Source: Hormiphora californensis (lineage: Eukaryota; Animalia; Ctenophora). Taken from it: a DNA stretch of 64,000 nucleotides. Shown here piece after piece: positions 1 through 11,138 of this stretch. The stretch lies in the NCBI GenBank assembly GCA_020137815.1, contig CM035350.1:7812001-7876000 (forward strand), in the 5' to 3' direction. Numbering within the stretch: position 1 is the stretch's first letter; every line of letters begins with the position of its first letter. The notes below the pieces were generated by a model, which searched no databases, was not told the DNA's origin, and saw nothing but the letters and a program-made list of their open reading frames with translations. The position numbers were made by a program, and so were the translations under genes.

Positions 1-207
1 ATGTCCCGCGCCCGCTCAACATGCGAATAAGCCGCGGGAACTTTGTGCCCGAACGCGAAAACTCAGTCACTCACTCAAGACTGCAATCGTCATGGACTGA
101 CTGCACAATGTAACTGAGAAACAGGGGTAACGAATCTCAATTTTCCTATTAACAAACCTGCTTTTGGGGTGTAGGGGAAGTTTTTGAGGGGTTGGTTGAC
201 GACCTTA

Positions 208-955
208 CAGTTTTGTACAATCTGGGTAGCGGTTGAGGAGAGGGTATGTGAGGAAAACGGTAGAAGGCTGATAAAGTATGCTGCTGAGAGAACACTGAAA
301 GGAATTAATGTGATAGTAACGATAATAGAACCTCATTGTCCCCCTATCTAATATTTTATAATCACTCAGTAATGCATTGTTCGACCCTCTCTTACTACAA
401 ATCCCAACACTAACCGCTGGTCGGTATTGTGCCTGTTAACATAGTTGAAGATGGTCCTGTTAAAGGGGTTTAGTTCCTGGGGTTGTCCAATGTAACACAA
501 CAAAAAGAGGCAGTTGATCACCTCCGCCTCTCCATCCAACAGAAACTCCTGTTGCAGAAGGGAGGACATGCACTGACCCATCTGGGAGGGGAGGTTTATT
601 TAGTTTCTGTAGCCGGCGTAAAATCTGAAAATTACGAGTCTTTATTGAGTTTTAATAAAGTTGATTTTTGAGGTGTTTTACTACTATTTTGACCTAAGTC
701 CTAATTTTCGATGAGTTTTGATTAGTTTAATCGAGCCCGGTCATGACCTAAAATCGCAGGTCACGCAAAGACAGTGGGACACCCTGCATATTAGAGCTAG
801 GGATAGGTGTCTTGGTTGATACCATCACAATAATGGCCTACCTTGAAATGTAGACATTTGGGACATAACACGTCGAACTGTTTCCCAATGCTCTCCAGGG
901 TGTCCTGAGTTCTCTTGATAAGCTCAGCAACAGCACACAAACTGGCTTTCTCCAT
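208..955 (-). CDS. CNOT11: CCR4-NOT subunit 11, 5' exons (955-842, 581-~415, ~294-~208); continues off the left edge
   Basis: Spliced reading MEKASLCAVAELIKRTQDTLESIGKQFDVLCPKCLHFK|MGQCMSSLLQQEFLLDGEAEVINCLFLLCY...NPF resembles the CNOT11 N-terminus as recalled ([35 protein letters not shown]...NPF); GT-AG introns keep the frame. Confidence 0.72.
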
Positions 956-1123
956 TGCTACACAGCAGCTATACAGAGGTTATTGAGATTAAATGGAGAA
1001 GTTAAAAAGAACACGTCGAAGGGCAGAAAAGACTAAAACGAATGATATACTAAAAATCCCATAATCAAAGAAAAAAGAACGAGACACAACATGTCTTTAT
1101 CAATAAGAAGAAAGTCACAGTTC

Positions 1124-2403
1124 TTATTTGATGCCACAGCCTCGCATGGAGGGTGCAGTAATAACTTCACCGTTCACCTTCCAAGGAACACCCTTATACA
1201 GAGCATGACCCTCCGCAGAAACCAGGAAATCGGGCTGGACACCCTCGAAAACCTTCTTTTTTGGGTTCAACTGCTCCACTGGGGTAGCGGGGTATCCCTC
1301 GACTGTTACCTTGTCGCCCGGTTTAGATCCGGCGGGCGGGGCCAGGATTTCAACTTTTTCAGGAGTACTTGCACACATGACCATTGCATGGGACATGATA
1401 CCTGGAGATGGGGGGGGGGATAAGTCATGGATAGAGGGTGGTAGAAGAGGAGAGGATAAGGAAATAAAACTATCAATAAAATCTCACCCCTCATCTTGGC
1501 AGGCTTCAAGTTGCACAACAGAATACACGGTCTATTCTGCATCTCTTCAATGGGAATGTGTTTCACCAGTCCGCTAATGACCTGTCGAGGCTTCTCCTCC
1601 CCAACCTCAACCTCCTCAAGATAGAGCCCATCTGCGTCAGGGTGCCGTGTGGCAGTTTTAATTAGAGCCACCCGCATATCCAACCGGGACACGTCCACGG
1701 GAAGGGCCTCAGCTCCACCGGCAGCCGGTTTGGCAGCTTTGGGTGCTGCAGCCTGAGTGGGAGAGAGATGTACTATCACACATCATCATACTAGTATCAT
1801 GGCACGATACATGAAATAAATATATGTTATCGTGTACCTTCTTTTGCTGCTTCTTTGGCTGTTGTTTCTGCTCCGTTTTGGGGGGCTCAGACACTGCAGG
1901 TTTAACAGGAGCTACTGCAGGTGTAACAGAAGCGGCGGCTACTGCAGGTTTCGCTATATTGGCTCCTGGTAATGGCACCTGCTTACGGCCATTCATCACC
2001 TCAGCATCGTATAGAGACTTCTTAGCCTTCTCGACCTGGTCCTTCAGCTGTCTGTTATCAGCCTGTGGAAAGGGGTGGAATTACAGGCACCGTTTTGTAT
2101 TAAACCAAACTAAAAAGACTTTTGAATGATTAGCTTCCTGGTTGAACTTGCTTAGGTTTACAATAACACATTAAATAATTTGCCTAGCTAGACTGTGTTT
2201 CGCGCACCCTGCCCCAAATGTAAAGGAGGGTTAGAACATGACAATAAATAATAACAAATATTCCTCACCAGCAGTTGCTTCTTGTATTCAGAAGTGTTTT
2301 TGACAAGAGTTCCCCTACTTTTTAAGGCTTCAAGTTGCTTCCTCAGCTGTGCAACAACAGTTTCAATTTGAGCCGCTTTTGTGGTACACGTTCGAAGGGC
2401 CAT
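1124..2403 (-). CDS. AIMP1: Aminoacyl-tRNA synthetase complex-interacting protein 1 (p43/EMAP-II), 4 exons
   Basis: N-terminal coiled coil (DNRQLKDQVEKAKKSLYDAEVMNGRKQVPLP), Lys/Ala linker, tRNA-binding OB fold (DVSRLDMRV...HPDADGLYLEEVEVGEEKPRQVISGLVKH...CNLKPAKMRG...MVMCAS...LNPKKKVFE). Confidence 0.93.
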
Positions 2404-2809
2404 GATGCTAATTACTAAATATGTTTTAACTTCAGTACGGTACCTTTTGCTTATAAATGATAGGTACCGTACGAGGTACAGGTCACAGGAGTAATTCTGA
2501 GATCTGAGAAAAGAATTTCAGAATTCAGACAGAAAATTTTGAATCCGATTCTAGATTGCCCAACTACTACTATCCAATGGGCGCTATTACGATCTGGGTG
2601 TTTGGAGGCCTGTTAACAGGTGTGCCCTGCCAAAACAGTACCCTGGACTAAAATGGCTCTAACCGCCAAACCACTCAACCGTTTTGACCAATCCAAAGTT
2701 TACCTGATAGGAAATGTTCAGCACTAACCCAAACCCAAACCCCAGCCCTAACCTTAACCCTATTTCAGCCCTAACACTCCACACTCCAAATACCCAGATT
2801 TTAAGTTTT

Positions 2810-3172
2810 AAAATCAAGAGCACACCACAATCAAGAGAGACCAAAATCAAGAGCACAACACAATCAAGAGAGACCAAAATCAAGAGCACACCACAATCAA
2901 GAGAGACCGAATCAAGAGCACACCACAATCAAGAGAGACCAAATCAAGAGCGCACCACAATCAAGAGAGCTCCCTATCCAGAAGATACCAGATGTGGTGC
3001 GCTCTTGAATTTGGCTTCTCTTGATTGTGGTGCGCTCTTGATTTGGTCTCTCTTGATTGTGGTGTGCTCTTGATTTTGGTCTCTCTTGATTGTGGTGTGT
3101 TCTTGATTTTGGTCTCTCTTGATTGTGGTGCGCTCTTGATTTTGGTCTCTCTTGGATTGGGTGCGCTCTTGG
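2810..3172. repeat. Foldback array: 33-bp unit (aaaatcaagagcacaccacaatcaagagagacc) in tandem, then inverted; preceded by a (ccctaa)-like tract at ~2723-2775
   Basis: About 5 units on + (2810-2970) and about 5 reverse-complement units (2995-3172) around a short spacer. Confidence 0.8.
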
Positions 3173-3336
3173 AGGCTCTTGAACTTTATTATGGTTCCTT
3201 ATAAATCCGACAAAATGTTGGCAAACGCGGGATAAGGCAGCGCTTTTCAAGACAAAATGTTGTGTCCTTTTTTTCAAAAAAAAAGGGACCACGCCGATTT
3301 TTTAATTTTGAGAAAATTTAATAGTGGAAGCTCTTA

Positions 3337-3528
3337 CGGTAATTCCCACGCCCCGTGGGAAAGTTTTCGACCGTGGGAAAGTTTTCAAACCGTGGGAAAA
3401 GAGAGATACATGCAATAACAAATAAAAAACAATTTATTTTTTATAGTTATTGTATGTATCTCTCTTTTCCCACGGTTTGAAAACTTTCCCACGGTCGAAA
3501 ACTTTCCCACGGGGCGTGGGAATTACCG
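3337..3528. mobile_element. Palindromic MITE, TA-flanked (TIR CGGTAATTCCCACGCCCCGTGGGAAAG)
   Basis: Near-perfect ~85-bp inverted arms with TA on both sides. Confidence 0.85.
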
Positions 3529-3530
3529 TA

Positions 3531-3752
3531 AAGTCGGATTTTTTGAAACTGTCACCCCCCTGAAATAACAAAATTTGCCATATCTCCGGTTTCTGATAAG
3601 GTAGAAACTTGAAATTTGGAGGTTCGGAAGAACTTAGCAAGATCTTCGTAACCTCCAAATTTCAAGTCTCTATCTCGTCAGGAACCGGTTTTATGGTCAT
3701 TTACGAAGTTTGAAAATACCCAGGGGGGTGACAGTTTCAAAAAATCCGACTT
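3531..3752. mobile_element. MITE of the AAGTCGGATTTTTTGAA family (TA TSD)
   Basis: TIR aagtcggattttttgaaactgtcacccccctg; close relative in inverse orientation at 57043-57262. Confidence 0.88.
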
Positions 3753-4199
3753 TAAGAGCTTCCACTATAAGAAATTTGTTCCATTTGTACCATGCAGCGA
3801 TAAACAAAATTAAACCGCGCGTTACATCTAGAATCTATGCGCGGCGCGAATACTTTTTTTATTTTTGAACTTTTTGTTTTAAACTTTTCAGTTTTCCGTT
3901 TTGACTTTTGAGTTTTGACCTTTTTTTTTGGTCCAGCTTTCTGCTTTCTGTCCAGTTTTCAGGAAGTTCGGGACTAACGCCTAACCCTAACGACAACCCG
4001 AACGCCAGTCCTAAGTCCTAACCATACTTATTGAGCAATGGACGCATAACACACTACACAGAGGTTGTCGGCCTCGCCAGATATTTTTCTAATTTTCCTT
4101 CCTATTCAATCCATAAACACTGTTCATTGAACAGATCTCATCATTGGACATTGATACTACTCTCTCTTAGTATTTCTATCTATCTCTCTTTTCCCGGAC

Positions 4200-4500
4200 C
4201 CGGATTTGACTTCAAGGACACCCCTCGTTACGGGGCACGGGCAGTGATCCCAAAATTCAATCATGGGGCACAAAGGTCGGCGTCCACTATATTTGAAAAC
4301 TCTTTTTCGGTTCTTGGGGCGAAACTATGAAACACTCTTCCAAAGTGTGTCAAGGAGGCCGGGAATATCGATGAACTCAAGGTTGTACTGGGAGGTCACC
4401 TCAGGGGCATTGCTGATAGACCACCAACCAGGGGGTACTCGTGTGTTCATAGAAACTCCTTGTTGGACTATGCCCTGAGCGGATTTCTAGTTGTAAAACA
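4200..4500 (+). pseudogene. 3' fragment of a CR1/L2-type LINE ORF2 with an in-frame stop
   Basis: FKDTPRYGARAVIPK...IFENSFSVLGAKL*NTLPKCVKEAGNIDELKVVL...IADRPPTRGY...NSLLD matches the typical SF..G.KLWN.LP..V...FK..L...PD.P C-terminus, with W changed to TGA. Confidence 0.75.
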
Positions 4501-4731
4501 TCTTTCTTTTTCCAATGCCACTAAAACGATTTCTGTAGCGTATATCAGGAGCTGGAGATATGATCAATTATGTGAATGCCCCCCTTGTTATCATCGAGGG
4601 AACGCAAATTTAACAGCACCCCTGGCCCCGAAAATCCTTTCTAAACTTTCTCACGTTCTTGTGGCACCGGCTATCCACCAAACTTGTTTCGTTTTTGAAT
4701 CTACAAACTACAAAGTGGTAGTATGATAATA

Positions 4732-6103
4732 TAACGCCCACTGCGCATTTTTTGGAGAAATAACACCCGCGCGGTAGCGGGCTGATATGACTGAACCCGA
4801 AGTGATAAATCTCATAACTCCCGCTATTAAAGTGCAGTTTATTACACGCAAGAATTCCCCCAAAAAGGTGTGAAAACTCTTTCTTTTGTTTGTGTGTACA
4901 CACTGTTGCAAATAGAGAGAGATTGACACAACAAGGGGCGGCAGAATGGCGACAAGAGAGAGAGACAAGAGAGACATTGGTAATCGTTATCTCTCTCTAT
5001 TTAATTAGCACCCAATAGTTCGCTTGTGTGTGTGTGAGTGTCTAGACATCTATAGACATGTCTGGAGTTGAAAAGGGAACATATTTGAAGGGTTGACATG
5101 AGTTGTGTTACCTCTCTCTCGCTGTGTCATTATTTGTTGTTAAACTGTGAAACTTTGATGATGTTGAATAGTTTGTCAAATTGACTTTAAAAACTTGAAA
5201 GGGGATTAGTGTTGTTCTCTCCTTGCTTGCAGTGGGCGTTATATGCTATATGAACTATGAACGTTTGTAGACTGGCGCGTTATGAAGTTGGCTGTTCCCA
5301 GTGCGAGCTGGGGACAGCCAACTGGAGTTTAATCGCCCGGCAGGGCGATTAAACTGGTTTAAATCCCGACGCCGATCCCGAGGCGCCAGCCGAGGGTGAG
5401 GGGGAGGTGATTTAAACCTATAACGCGATAGGCTAACAAACGTTCATAGTTTATGAAACCCGATAGTAATTACACACAAATAAGAGACACAACACAAGGT
5501 AAAACACACAAGGAGTACTGGAAAATAGTCAACAGACGTCCCCAAACTGTGTGTAGACTAACTGGCACCTAGTTGCAACTGTTCCTAACATATTTGAGTA
5601 AGAGAGAGCAAGATTGGGGCCAATACACACATTGAGAGATATTGAACAGTAAAAGAGAGAATGAGAGAGAGAAACGAATGGAATGCGATTATTTTGCCTC
5701 TTGATGAGAGAGATAACATTGAAAAGTGTTGCAGATGTGTTCCCCTCTCTGTTATTGACAGAACTGTGTGTTTACACACATTTTCATTACTTGGAAATTT
5801 ACACGCATGTTATGAAAATGAAGAGAAACGCGTGAAAAAGAGCACTGGTCTGATAAATAGCGAACAGGGTGTTAAATCCCCCAGCTCGCAGTTATCGAGT
5901 GCGCGTAAAATGTTCAAAAGACTGATAAATCAGCTATCGGGTTTCATAACACCTTATGTGTATCAAATATATCGCCCTCACTACGTTCGGGGCGATATAT
6001 TGCATATCGTCTCCTTGCTCCGCAAGGAGCCGATATGCGTGCATATCACGCCCCGCGCGGGGCGCGATATACAGATACACACCGGTGTTATAGCACATAT
6101 AAT
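4732..6103. mobile_element. Composite of nested or adjacent TA-flanked non-autonomous elements: 4732-5241 (TIR TAACGCCCACTGC), ~5251-5450 (TIR TGAACTATGAACGTTTG), ~5452-5946 (TIR TGAAACCCGATAG), hairpin-rich unit ~5947-6103
   Basis: TIRs visible; a homologous reverse-orientation copy at ~55800-56632 lacks the two central inserts. Confidence 0.8.
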
Positions 6104-6229
6104 ATACACTAGTCATAGTAACTGTTATGTGCATGTTTTACCGTTCCAATTGCCCCATGTTTTCTGTACTAAAAAGTACTAATTCTATACCACAAAAAAC
6201 CATAAAATATGAACCATGTTTAGCAGATA

Positions 6230-8535
6230 ATGAACGGATCGGGAGGGATGACAAGTGTGATTATACGGACCCCGGATCAGCGGGTAAAGGATCTCACCAT
6301 CGAATGTCAACCTGAGTGGACTGTTGCAAATTTGAAACATCATCTCTCCCAGTTGTACCCAGGAAACCCTGTAAGTATTGATACTAATTGAGGTGTAATT
6401 CCCCAATTATTGGCTTGTTCCACCCTCAGCATCAAGATAAATGTCTATTGTCTGTACGTGAAACCAGTCGCTTACTACTAACTACGTATATATAATGATA
6501 ACTCCGTAATTCATTCAAAGCTCTTTTACTGTTGTTGGATGTCATGTGCAGCTCATTGTGCTTGTGAGTCGCTGTCAGTGATCTGTATAATAGCACAAAT
6601 AACAAAAGGTCTCGTTAGCCAGCCACCGCCCTCTTCTAGTTTGACGTCTTTTGTTCACAAAATATACAGACACCTGTTGATAGTCTCTGCTGTTTTAGAA
6701 GGGGGGTGTTTAGTGTTCACTCAAGTCTCAATACTGAACACTGTTCAGTGTTGAACATTGTTTCATGTTGCTGGGCCTGTAATCTAGTGATTCAACGATG
6801 AAAAATGACCCAAACTATAATTAATGGCAATTTACCATCCTGGACAAAGATAATTATCGTTTTAATTCATTTCAGAAGGAGGATAAACAGCGTCTGATTC
6901 TGGCCGGAAAGTTGCTTCAGGACAAGACAAACTTGGACGAAATTTTCAAAACAGTAAGTGAAGAAACAAACCTTAGCAGGAGTAAGTGTAAAACACAACA
7001 ACAATAACACTCCCCTTTCAGTATGATTTCCAGCCGATAATTCACTTTGTATGTACACAGACCCCTCCCTTGGAGCCAACAGTTAGTGAAAGTGAGGCTA
7101 CAACAGGTCTCTTCCTCCTCCTCCCGAACAACGTAGGTTGCGCAATCAGCAACGTTAGAGTGCGTGGTTAGTGTGTGTGGGTGTGTCTTTTGTGTATGAT
7201 GAGTTTAGTCGTGGGTATTATACAGTCACGTACAATGTAGTCTGCAGTAGACAGTTGAATTAGAGTGTGTGTACAAATTTCTGTATACGTAGACATTATT
7301 TTCGTCCTATTGCTAGCTTGTGCGCGTCTAGTGTGATGAAAGCGACAGTTGCTAGCATTTGAAGTCTATTTTGGGTGCGCGTCGTGTTTCTTCAGCGGAT
7401 AACACACGTTAGCTCATCTCGCCGGGTCCAATCCCATATATAATTCCACATACTTGTAAATTCATGAAACACCACCGTAACCCTTCTATTTTCCCTTCTA
7501 GGGTCAGTACAAATAGCCAGCCAGCTGGGGAGCCAGCCCGACAGCCAGTTCAACAGGCTCACCTCATTGGACATAACAATACGCGATGGGGAGCACACGT
7601 TAACCACCTTAACATGTGGTATCAACAACTCGAGCAGAACCAGGAGGCCGGAGCAGTACTTTACGCACCTCACTTGACCGAGGCTATGCTGAGGAGACAC
7701 CGGCCCCAGCAGGCACAGGAAGGAGAGGACAATGAGGAAGAAGCTCAACCTGCTGCTGCCCCTCCTGCCCCTGCACCTCCCGCCCCTATTGACCCAGAGG
7801 ACCAACATGACTTATTGGATGTATTTTATCTTATTATCAGGTGAGGGATCATACTTTCCTAAAACTTACATATCCCTACCAAGGTTTTTCGTATGATTAT
7901 GGCATTTGATTCAGACTATACATCTATTTTCCACTAAATCGTATGTTTTTCAGAGCGCTTTTCCTCCTGGCCCTTGTTTGGAACTACGCCAGTCCAGCAC
8001 GGTTTTGTTTTATGGGTGTCTTCCTCTTCTACATGTACCTATACCATGCCGGCTATGTGGTCTTACCTCAGTTGTTCACCAGGTAAAACAGCTGTTTTAG
8101 TGAAAATGTTTTGCAATGCGACTATAAATTGAAATATGACTACCTTACTCTCGTTTTTTAAGAAACCGATTTAGTGGACAAAACCCTTTCCCCCGAGGAT
8201 GCCACTAAATCGGGGTCCGACTGTAATTTGAACTAATTCTGTTTTTTGCTGTCAGAGCATTGGCCTGAAACATTCTCGCGCGAGAACTGTGGTCAGAGCA
8301 TTGGCCTGACAGGTTTTTTGGGTTAATAATACCCAAACGCTGAGCAAACCGCATACCACCCGGGGCAGGTTTGGGTAACTAAACTAAACTAAACTAAATC
8401 TGTTTTTCCAGGGATACAATTGAACCAAATGCCGAGAATGGAACACCTGCCCAGCTTTCACGGATTTCAATTTTAAAGAATGCCCTCATCTCGTTTGTTT
8501 CGTCTCTCTTTCCATCCTACGAGAACAATAACTGA
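6230..8535 (+). CDS. HERPUD: Herp/HERPUD ER-stress ubiquitin-like membrane protein, multi-exon (middle exons uncertain)
   Basis: UBL domain VIIRTPDQRVKDLTIECQPEWTVANLKHHLSQLYPGNP|KEDKQRLILAGKLLQD..|..IIHFVCT; then DLLDVFYLIIR|ALFLLALVWNYASPARF...YLYHAGY membrane region; C-terminal SFVSSLFP. Confidence 0.88.
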
Positions 8536-8805
8536 TAGAAGTATGAACTATGATAGTTTCTTTCCGGAATAATTGTCAAAGTAAACGCACATTACTAGGG
8601 CGAACAGCTCGGGTGAGGCTTGGTGATGACATCCCCTTCGCGAGCTTCGTTGCCGCGCTTCGCGCGGCCCTAGTGGAGGGGTGACCGCGTCACCAAGGGT
8701 GAGGCAGCAGTGATTTGTTAAGATTTTGTAGTGATTGTAGTTGATGTACAATGTTTTTTAAAGAAAATTCTTGTGATAGGAAATTAAAATTAACAATCAA
8801 ATTGA

Positions 8806-11138
8806 CTAGACAGCAGAAGGGCTTGATTCCGTGGCTTCGGCAGACGGTTGACTAGCTTCGTCTTTTGGCTCTCCAGGCACTGAGTCACTAACAGCATCAG
8901 GTTTGGCTTCTGCAGTGGCTTCAGATTCTGCGGCTACCTCTGGTTCAGCGGCTGTCTCAGGCTCAGCAGATACCTCAGGCTCAGTGGCTACTTCAGTTTC
9001 ATCGGCTGTCTCAGGCTCAGCAGCTACCTCAGGCTCAGTGGCTACCTCAGGTTCAGCGGTTGTCTCAGCTTCAGGCTCAGCAGCGGTTTCAGGTTCAGCG
9101 GCTACCTCAGGCTCAGCGGCTACCTCTTTTTCAGCAGCGGTTTCAGGTTCAGTGGCTGCCTCAGGTTCAGCGGCTGCCTCAGGCTCAGCTGCAGTGGTTT
9201 CAGGTTCAGCGGCTGCCTCAGGCTCTTCAGCGGCTGCCTCGGGTTCATAGGCCGTCTCTGGTTCAGCGCCTGACTCGGGCTCAGCAGCAGTTTCAGGTTC
9301 AGCGGCTACCTCTGGCTCAGCGGCTACCTCGGGTTCAGCTGCTACCTCGGGTTCAGCTGCTACCTCAGGCTCAGCAGTGGTTTCATGTTCAGCGGCTGTC
9401 TCAGGTTCAGCGGCTACCTCTGGTTCAGCTGCTACCTCTGGTTCAGCAGCGGTTTCAGGTTCAGCGGCTGTCTCAGGTTCAGTGGCTACCTCTGGTTCAG
9501 CTGCTACCTCTGGTTCAGCAGCGGTTTCATGTTCAGCGGCTACCTCAGGTTCAGTGGCTACCTCTGGTTCAGCTGCTACCTCTGGTTCCTCAGCGGTTTC
9601 AGGTTCAGCGGCTGTTTCAGGTTCAGCAGCGGACTCTTCAGGTGTTGCTTCGGTAGAGTCCCCAAGTCCAAATGCGGCTGACAGTTTCGATCTAATAGAT
9701 TTCATGGACTTGACTGACTTCGTTGACTTAGCTGAAACATTTGATGCCTGTCGAGTTAAACCTTCTTCGGCATTTACTGACTGTTTTGAACCGAGCTTGC
9801 TCGACAGTTTCTTGGCAAGGGACCTCATTGACAGTTTTGAAACGGACTTTTCAGATTTCTGTGACCTATTATCGTCCTCGGAGTATTGTTGAGCTTGTTC
9901 TTCCTTTACAGATGTGCTAGATAGATGTTTAGATCTAATCGATCCAGCAACGGATTGTTTCGATTTAACGCTACTCTCAGAAGGCATTGTCTCTACAATC
10001 TGTACGTTGGAGACCACCTCCTTAGGACCAGCATCTTCAGGTGCAAGTTCGGCGGGAGTAGCAGAATCAGAAACGTCTTCATCAGCGACAGCAGCTAGAG
10101 CTGCCTCAGTTTCCTGTGGCTCACTGGGTTGTTCTGGCTCAACTGGTGGCTCTATTTCCGCTGGCGTTTCTGAGGACTCTTCTACAGGAACGGCAGGAAT
10201 TTCAGCTATTTCTGCTATCTCAAGTTCATCCAGTGCCTTTATTGTGGACGATGTTGACACTGCAGATTTTACTGACTTTGACGACTCTTTTGCGGTAACT
10301 TTGCTCTTGGTTGTTACTCTTGATTTACCACTGACGTTACTTTTGATGGACTGAGCGGCTGACGCACTGCTTTTCACGGAGGTCCTGCTTCCGATTGGCT
10401 TTGAGCTATTTGATTTGACTGACGCTTGCGAAGAAGATTTGACAGAAATCTTAGACGTCCTGCTCTCCGCTCTGCCTCTAGAAGAAGCCGTTGATTTCAT
10501 TGACCGCGATGACACGCCCTTTGATACTGATGCTTGTGAGGGTTGTTTTGGAGTTACCGATGTTTTGCTCTTTTTTAAGGACACTTGACTCGTTTTGCTT
10601 TTTGATGAAGCAACTTCGGCGACTGAAAGATGAAGTAAAATATGTCAATGAATAATGATTTGTCGATAGAGGAATGCATGCTATATTGATACTGATCTAG
10701 TGAACAACAATCTATATCAACATATTATCATAAAAGCTCATTTTTTGCTTCTTGTCTCATAACATTAACTGAGTGAATGAAACAGAAATACTAACCGGAG
10801 GGTTTCGGTGCGGGTTTAGATGACGTTTTGGATTCTTGGCACAGTAGCTGTTGTGATGCTGCTATAAGAGATTGACTCATTTTCTGGACACTCGAAGATG
10901 TAGCATCTCCTGGATTGTTGTTATTTGACTTAGATATGTCCAAGTATGACATAACCTTACTCCGCCCAGCTTTGCTAGATTGAAGATGGCTCCCAACATC
11001 AGCCTGCATGGACGCAAAGTACTTAGAAGCACAATCAATCACATTATCAGGCTGGCTTTTTAGAACATGGACTACAAATCGCTGGAGGACATCGGGGAAT
11101 CCCTCAGGAATAGAGTAGGGAGGTCCTTTAGTGGCCAT
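8806..11138 (-). CDS. RIIa (PKA-R dimerization/docking) domain protein, ~719 aa, 2 exons (11138-10796, 10622-8806), with Ser/Lys-rich and acidic hexapeptide-repeat regions
   Basis: YSIPEGFPDVLQRFVVHVLKSQPDNVIDCASKYF fits the RIIa D/D motif (SPA17/ROPN1/CABYR type); a phase-1 GT-AG intron joins the two ORFs in frame (2160 nt total). Confidence 0.8.
8900..9630 (-). repeat. Coding 18-bp minisatellite encoding AEPE(V/T)A repeats
   Basis: Tandem tcaggttcagcggctacc-like units inside ORF 8806-10584. Confidence 0.9.

Noticed and set aside
4328-4330. In-frame TGA as selenocysteine or recoding
   Set aside because: It falls at a conserved Trp of a decayed LINE fragment; a simple TGG>TGA mutation explains it
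8903-10354. + strand Ser/Ala- and Gln-rich ORFs
   Set aside because: Antisense shadows of the repetitive RIIa-protein exon
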